Below are positions 54,661 to 64,000 of a stretch of DNA of 64,000 nucleotides, in pieces (position 1 is the first letter of the stretch; every line of letters starts with the position of its first letter). The position numbers were made by a program, and so were the translations under genes. The notes beneath the pieces were generated by a model. That model was not told the DNA's origin. It searched no databases and was given only the letters and a program-made list of their open reading frames with translations. This DNA comes from the human T2T-CHM13v2.0 reference genome, Homo sapiens. The stretch is taken from NCBI RefSeq assembly GCF_009914755.1, contig NC_060946.1; one strand, given 5' to 3'.

Positions 54661-57600
54661 TAACATAATTGCAATTGTAACAGGTTGGCTGCCCCAGGGC
54701 ACCTGCAGACATTAGAGGGTGCATGGTAATATGCATAAATGGTGCTGACCTATCTCTAGAAGACTTTTCACCATGTTGTTCTTTTTTTTTTTAATTGGTT
54801 TCCACTCAGTTCTAATCATTAAGTACTGAATTTGTCATGGTAACAAGACCCAGTTGGACAACCATGTATGCAGGTGCCGGCTGGCCTGTCAGATAGCTGT
54901 GGGCTCTGGACATAAGTGTGAACTAGCCCTCAAGCCAAGCGTGGGGCACCAGGCTGGTGGGTAAGCACAGGGCGCTGCCTCCTGCTACTCTGGCCTGGCC
55001 TCTGTGAGGTGTTAGCACCACCATGAGCTAGGGCTGAGCCAACAGTGCTGTCTCAGGAGCAGCAGCGCACGCCCGGGGCCACGTGGTGTGGAGGGGAAGG
55101 CCGCAGCCACCGCTCATAGGAAGAGCTCCATGAATGTTCATCTTGGCCCCACTTCAAAAAATATCAAACTCACAATGGAGGCAGATTTGGGTCTCTCTTG
55201 ATGTCATTAATTACAAACTAAATTTGCACTAAAATAAAAAGGTGTTAGACTATCAAAGAGGGGCCTCCGATCCGTGTCACCTGCTCAGGGATGGCCACTC
55301 CACCCTGAGAGCATGGAGGCATGTGGATGCCAGGGTCACTGCTGGGCCCATCCCCACCGGGAAGAGCATAGCCACAAACTTGGTTTCACGCAGCTGCAGC
55401 AAGGCGCATCCCTGAGAGCAGTCCTGATGGGCCCACCGCAGCCCCCTCGCCCGGGCAGCATCCACACCCACCGCGGCCCCTAAGCCCCAGCTGCACCCAC
55501 ACCAGCACAGAGGGCATCCAGGAGGAGCCGCCCCTTCCCTCTCACCAGGCTTAGGATGCTCCCACCCATCCCCAGCTTGGTTCTTGCTTTCTGCCCTTTC
55601 CTGCTGCCTGGCACTCAACAGAGGGACAATCCGCAGGGACTTGTGTAGCTGAGTCTGCGGTGTACGGGAGCCATCAGCCGAGCACAGCTGAGCAAAGACA
55701 GTTGCCTGCCGTGTACATGCCAGCAAACAGTGCCTGGGTGGAGAGAGGAGCCCAGGGCTGCAGCCCACCCTGGCAACAGCTCCCCTCCTGGGCACCGCCA
55801 GCCCCCATCATCATCTCCTGGGCACCCCAGTCTCTCTGGCTGTGGTCCAGGCACACGTGCCACGTGGGGGAGACTATACAGGGGCAGGCTGTGGGGGTGG
55901 CCTCTGTGTGGTGCCAAGAGGAAGCCGGGAAGCCAAGCTCCCATGCTCCATGCATGTTGTGTTTCAGGCTCTGATGCTGGTTTACACACAGGTGGACATC
56001 TCTGAGTTATCTAAGATAAAGCCCAAAGAGGAAATAGCTTCAGTGGCTGGGGTAAGATCCAGACGGATTCCTTCCCTGGGTCTCGTCTCACCTGCCATAT
56101 CACAAGGCCCCAGGCAGACCTGTGGCCACCCTCCCTGGCACTCAGGCACAACAGCTGCCTGGCTGTGGGACCCCCAGGTTTAGCGAGTCCCCTCCTGTGT
56201 CTGCTGGCTCTTCTGGCCATGGGCAGGACTCCTGTGGTGCAGGGAGGGATACGCCAGAGCCTTCAGCATCTCACCCTCAAGAGAGGGACAGAGAACCATC
56301 CAGAGGGGCTGGGGACGCCAAAGGGGCACATGAAGATCTCAACTTCCAGTTTTTCAGGGCTGCAGTCCAGAGGCAGTCTGTCCCTTCTTTAAAACCAAAT
56401 CTAAACTTAACTGCACTTAGAAGCCCCTGCACTGGGAGGCGTTTGCTCAGGATGCCCCAGCCTGGCCCTGCTCCCCTAGACAGCCAGGGATTCAGGCCAC
56501 AACTGGTTAACTCAGCGGGCGAATTCGAGCCCGCAGCAGTGCTGGCTGACTGTCTTCACTCAGCGCTGTAATCGGCACATCTGCAGACAGGAAATCCTCC
56601 TCACTGAAGTTCCCAGTCTATTATCTGAGACACCTGGTGTGGGCGGGTGATTCAGAGACAAACAATGAGCGGGGGCCCCCTGCACAGCAATTAACTGCTT
56701 TAACTGCTAATATGTTTAATCCACCACGTGGAGATCAAGGCTGCGTCGAGGAAGGGGCTCTGGTCCTCCTCTGCTTCCAGACTGCAGGGCCCACTTCGCA
56801 ATGCCAATGTCCATGGTCCTCGCCAGCTGCGGCCAGGCGCCAGGCACACGGGCAACGGGCAGGGCCAGCACTCGGCCCCACACGGGAGCTCTGTGCAGCA
56901 CCTGGGCCCCTTCTGTGTGTGTGTGCACCGGGCACGGAGGCATCCCCCCTTCCTGTCGGAGCCCAGCTTGTGCGGACGTAGTGCACACCCGGTACAGGAA
57001 GCAGAGTCGGAGATGTTGGCATTGCCAGCTGTGCCGCCCCTAGGGCGCTTTATTTTAACCTCCCAGAGTGGATCATCCTTTATTGCAAGTAGAAATAAAG
57101 CTTGGTTAAAGGCTTATCGTACAAACCAGCAGAAAACGCTCGCAGTTGCTGACCTGGGAAGTGGCTCCTGAATGTTTACAAAACCTGGCTCTGAGCAGCA
57201 GCGAAGTCAGCACATGCCCGAGCGGCCCCCAGCAGGCGCGCAGAAGCCGCGCCGCCCTCGGGAAGCAGGGTCAGAGGCCAAGGACTGCGAAAAGCTTCCA
57301 CCCCCAGCATCAATCATGCCAGGCAGACTGTCTGGGGGATGCTCATTTTGAAAGTACAAAAAAATAAAACAGACTCCTAGCAAGGGAGGATGGGCGTGCA
57401 GGCCACGGCAGCTCTGCTGAGTAGGGAGGGGCCTCGCTTGTTGCCTGCCAGGCTGACGCCCCGGCTTTCCGGGGACACAGCCCCCGGCCCATTGGTCTGC
57501 TACATCCCTATGGGCTTGGTCGAGGGCTGCCCCTCGGTTCAATGGCAACAGCTCCCTTATGCTGTGGGTGAACGGAGGTGTCAGCAGACAGAGGAGGAGG

Positions 57601-58819
57601 GCTAGGGCGCGGTGGGAGGGAGAAACTCGCCACCTCCCCTTTAGAGTGGAGTTTATTTGGGAATGACAGTAGGAGGATAAATTTTGAAAGAAAAATAAAG
57701 TGGAGTTTAGGATGAGAACCATCAGTACACTCCAGAGTCCAAAATGTTACCTAATCCTTCGTAGTGTTTATCATAATAAACTTACTTAAAATCTACTTTT
57801 ACAACGTGGCTGAGAACATTGCTCTTGCTGACTGATCACCTCCGGGCCAAGAGCCCTGCGTGCGCTCAGGCATCTCAGGTCCTCCCCGGTCATCACCTCT
57901 GCGCTTGTGTCCACTGCACAAAAGTGAAGCCTCAGCCGCTCCAGGCTGGTTTCCTTTCTGATTTCCCATTCCGAGTGACTGCTTCAGAAGTGCATCACCC
58001 TATGACACAGCTTGTGCCTCTGGGAGCCCTCCCCCAGGAGACACTGACCCCTGGCCAGCCCCACGCAAGCCCGGTTAGCTGATGGAGGTGGAGGCAGGTG
58101 ATCTGAGAGGGACCCTGGCTCTGATCTTGGGCTCTCGCAGGGGACAACGGACCAGGCTCAGCACAGAAAGGCCTCGGAGAACTAACAACACTGACTAGGT
58201 TGCTCCCGCCTTCAACATGCAAGTTGACAGGGTGATTGGGAAAACTAGGAGCCTAAACTAGACGGCCAGGCACCGAGGTGGGTAGGACATCTGAGCAGGC
58301 ATGCTGTGTGTGCCGCCACCCACCCTGACGAGGACCCGCAGCCCTCCTTGCGGCGGCCCATCTGCAATGGCCTCCTCTGCAGCAGGCCTGGGACAGAGCA
58401 GTGTCTGGGCGATCCCTGTTGGCTCCAGCTGCCCCTTGCCAGTCCCGTCAGACAGCCCCGGCCCAGGCCTGGGCACAGGTATCCCCTGGCTGTGTCCACA
58501 CTCCCCACACCTGCTCGGCCACTGCCCCATGCAAAACCGGACCTACACCTGACAGAGAGCAAGAAGGTGAGACCAGACTGTGCCCAGCAAGTTGTAGCCA
58601 GCCCACGCCTGGCCGGGAAACGCCCAGGCCTCTGCCCAGCACTGGAAGGGTGATGTCTTTGGAAGCCTTCGAAATGTGACTTCTGGAAAGGCCTGCAAAA
58701 TGCCACTCCTGGCATGTGATGACCTGCCAGGCCCAAAGGGACCCACTGGGAAACACTGAAAGCCACGAGAAGGCTGGACAGAACTTTAAAAACTCTGTGT
58801 CATTTTTATGTGCTGAAAA

Positions 58820-59310
58820 CAGGCGGCTTGTGCACACCCATGTTCACAGCAGCATGATCCACAACAGCCAAAAGACGGAAGCAACCTAAGTGTCCACTGA
58901 CAGATAATGGACACACATACAACTCAGCCTTCAACAGGAAGGAAATGCTGGCACATGCTACACAAATGCTAACTCTAACAAATGCTGCAACATGGATGCA
59001 CCCTGAAAACATTGTGCTAAGAGAAATGAGCCAGTCACAAAAGGACAAACACTGCATGATTCTACTTACATGAAGTCCCTCGAGGAGTCAGATCCATAGA
59101 GACACACAGTGAAGGGTGAGTGCCCGGGCAGCAGGGAGTGAGTGTTTAATGGGGACAGAGCTCAGTTTGGAGATAATGGAAAAGTTCTAGAGATGGATGG
59201 TCATGCTGCTTGTACAATATGAACGTACTTAACACCACTGAACTATATACTTTAAAATGCTTAAGATGATGAATTTGATGTTATGTGTATGTCACCATAA
59301 TTTTTAAAAC
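58820..59310 (+). mobile_element. L1MB-like 3' end
   Basis: tgcacacccatgttcacagcagc...gcaacctaagtgtcca...ccagtcacaaaaggacaaa. Confidence 0.85.
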
Positions 59311-59355
59311 TTTCAAATCCATATCATTTTTATGTTAAAAACAACAAACTAGCTT

Positions 59356-60535
<1,180 letters not shown>

Positions 60536-60716
60536 TCAATGAAGGGCGGAGAGGGGTCTGTGCGGAAGACGGGGTGAGACACCCTGCCCCCTGCTCTACG
60601 TCCTCTTGCTCTCTGTGGAGTGTCTAGCCCCTGTCCTGGCTCCAAGTCCTCAACCCTGGGCCCTATGGTCAGGATTCACTCAGCCTGTGGGCTCCTCTCT
60701 AGATGCTAATTAACTA

Positions 60717-61263
<547 letters not shown>

Positions 61264-62815
61264 TCACTAAAACCAATGGCAGAGAAGCGTGCCTTCCCCC
61301 AGGAGCTGTGCCCTGGTCCAACAAGATGGCCCCTGCTCCTGGCCCACCCCTCCACATGTGGCCAACATGCCCCTCTGCCATCCAGGAGCCAGGAGGGTAG
61401 GTAGGAGACTCTGCTCCCGCCTAGAAATGTAGGCACAGCAGGCTCAGGTCCAGATCAGGGACAGAGAGAGTCCTGCTTCTCCCTCCCGGCCCAGGAGGCC
61501 TGTGCGCCCCAAGTCCAGCTACAGATGGGGGCCCTGTTCCCAGGACAATGGGGACTTGCACGGACCAGCAGTGAAGCTGGCCACAGCTTCTGGTTTCAAG
61601 AGGAGAAAAACAGTCACTGCTAACATCCTCTGACACCTGTGCGGGTGTGCCAGCTGGCTCTAGATGGCGTGTGTGGGAGTCTGGCCCGCCGGGCAGGGCT
61701 GGCTGTGCTGCAGAGGGGCTGCCGCACAGGCTGTTCATCACTCCTGCACCCCTCCAGAGGCCTGGAGGGCATGGCCATCCCAGGCTCTGAGGGAGAACCA
61801 TGGAGCCTGTCCAGGACACAGGGTCCCTCGCCCCTCAGCCTGGCTGCCTAGACTGTGCATCCTCCTTGCCTGGGCACGGCCCCCATTCTGCAGGCCCCTT
61901 TCCTCCTCCGTCCACTGCCAGCTCACCCTCCCCACATCTGAAGGCTCTGAGGCCTTCCTAGACACTGCGTCCCTACCACAGGGCTCGGTGGGTTTGCACT
62001 GAGGGACATGATGGGAGTGTGCCATAGCTTTAGGATGGAACAACACATGGCCACACGGGTGGAGGGACACGTCTCTGAGTCAGCCTGGGGGTGGCACTGG
62101 GAGTCTGGAGATGACAGGCCTGGCTCCTCCCACCTCAGGTGACCTCCTCAGGCTCTGTGAGCTGAGGGTCGGCCGAGGACCTGTAGCAGGGCCTGCAGAT
62201 CTGCACAGCTCACCCTGCAAGGGGCCTCCTTCGTGGCAGTCATGGAGTGTTTGACATCTCCACAATGACAACTCCAGACTTCTATTTTAACAGGAGACTT
62301 TCCCTTGAAGAGTTTTTAGCTAAAAAAAGAAAATCTCTATTGCTCCAATCTAGGAGCTCGTCCTGCTGGCCACATGAGTGTGTGTACCCCAGACACAGAT
62401 GAAGGCCACTGTACACAGCGCACCTGTCCAGAAGCCAAGATCCCACGGGCTGTCTCGGAGCCAGCGCTGCCCTGTGTCCCTCACCCCAGCTCACACATTA
62501 CAGCTTATTTCACCCCCACTCCCTCAGAGGGGACAGGCAAGGGGAGAGCAGGGAGTTGGGGGTCTCTGAGGTGGGGCTAACACTTCTGCAGCACACACCG
62601 GCCTCTTACTAATGGGACGACCCGGAGGGTGACCTGCTCTGCCGGCACAAGGCTGGGCTGAGCCTCCCTTCACTGTGCCTGTGGTCGGCTGGAGGCCTCT
62701 GTGCAGCTGTGCGCCCCACTGCCACCCTCCTCCCTCGCTCCGGCCGAGTGTCTGCATATTTCCTGGACAACCTCCTCATCCAATTCAAGGGTTATCTCTA
62801 AAGATTCAGGCATCA

Positions 62816-63921
<1,106 letters not shown>

Positions 63922-63941
63922 AGCTGGCCCCGACCACCAAC
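63922..63941 (-). CDS. TXNRD2: TXNRD2 exon 9, 20-nt microexon: (T)LVVGAS(Y)
   Basis: ctctaacag|G TTG GTG GTC GGG GCC AGC T|gtatccttt; start of the NADPH-binding VVGASYVALE motif. Confidence 0.93.
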
Positions 63942-64000
63942 CTGTTAGAGAAACAGAGAGAGAGCACATGTAAAGCTGAGGCCCTTATTGACCAAGTGCA

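Overview
Human genomic DNA. The gene content matches the 22q11.21 interval (GNB1L/RTL10 - TXNRD2); this locus assignment comes from recognising the proteins, not from an alignment. All real genes lie on the minus strand. (1) 1-19.8 kb: the 5' end of GNB1L, with a CpG-island promoter at ~19.3-20.35 kb and two non-coding exons. Its long intron contains the intronless RTL10/BOP (C22orf29) CDS (16036-17130, 364 aa, Ty3/gypsy Gag-derived) and a ~5-kb 3'UTR whose poly(A) signal sits in an old MaLR LTR. (2) ~21-33.4 kb: dense L1, Alu and Tigger repeats. (3) 40.4-64 kb: the 3' half of the selenoprotein gene TXNRD2 (exons 9-18), which I reassembled exon by exon. It includes the Gly-Cys-Sec(TGA)-Gly-stop tail, a SECIS on a separate non-coding last exon, a 20-nt microexon followed by a U12-type intron, an alternative terminal exon giving a Sec-less isoform, and an antisense RPL8 processed pseudogene with perfect TSDs in intron 11. 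Almost all other ORFs in the track are Alu, L1 or GC-rich artefacts. I found no wholly new system that I can support. The best leads are a strong 5' splice site overlapping the TXNRD2 stop codon (its use would splice into an open frame running through the SECIS) and a TSD-flanked retrocopy of a ~40-nt TAR-like hairpin RNA at 26.2 kb. Repeat subfamily names are from memory and approximate.
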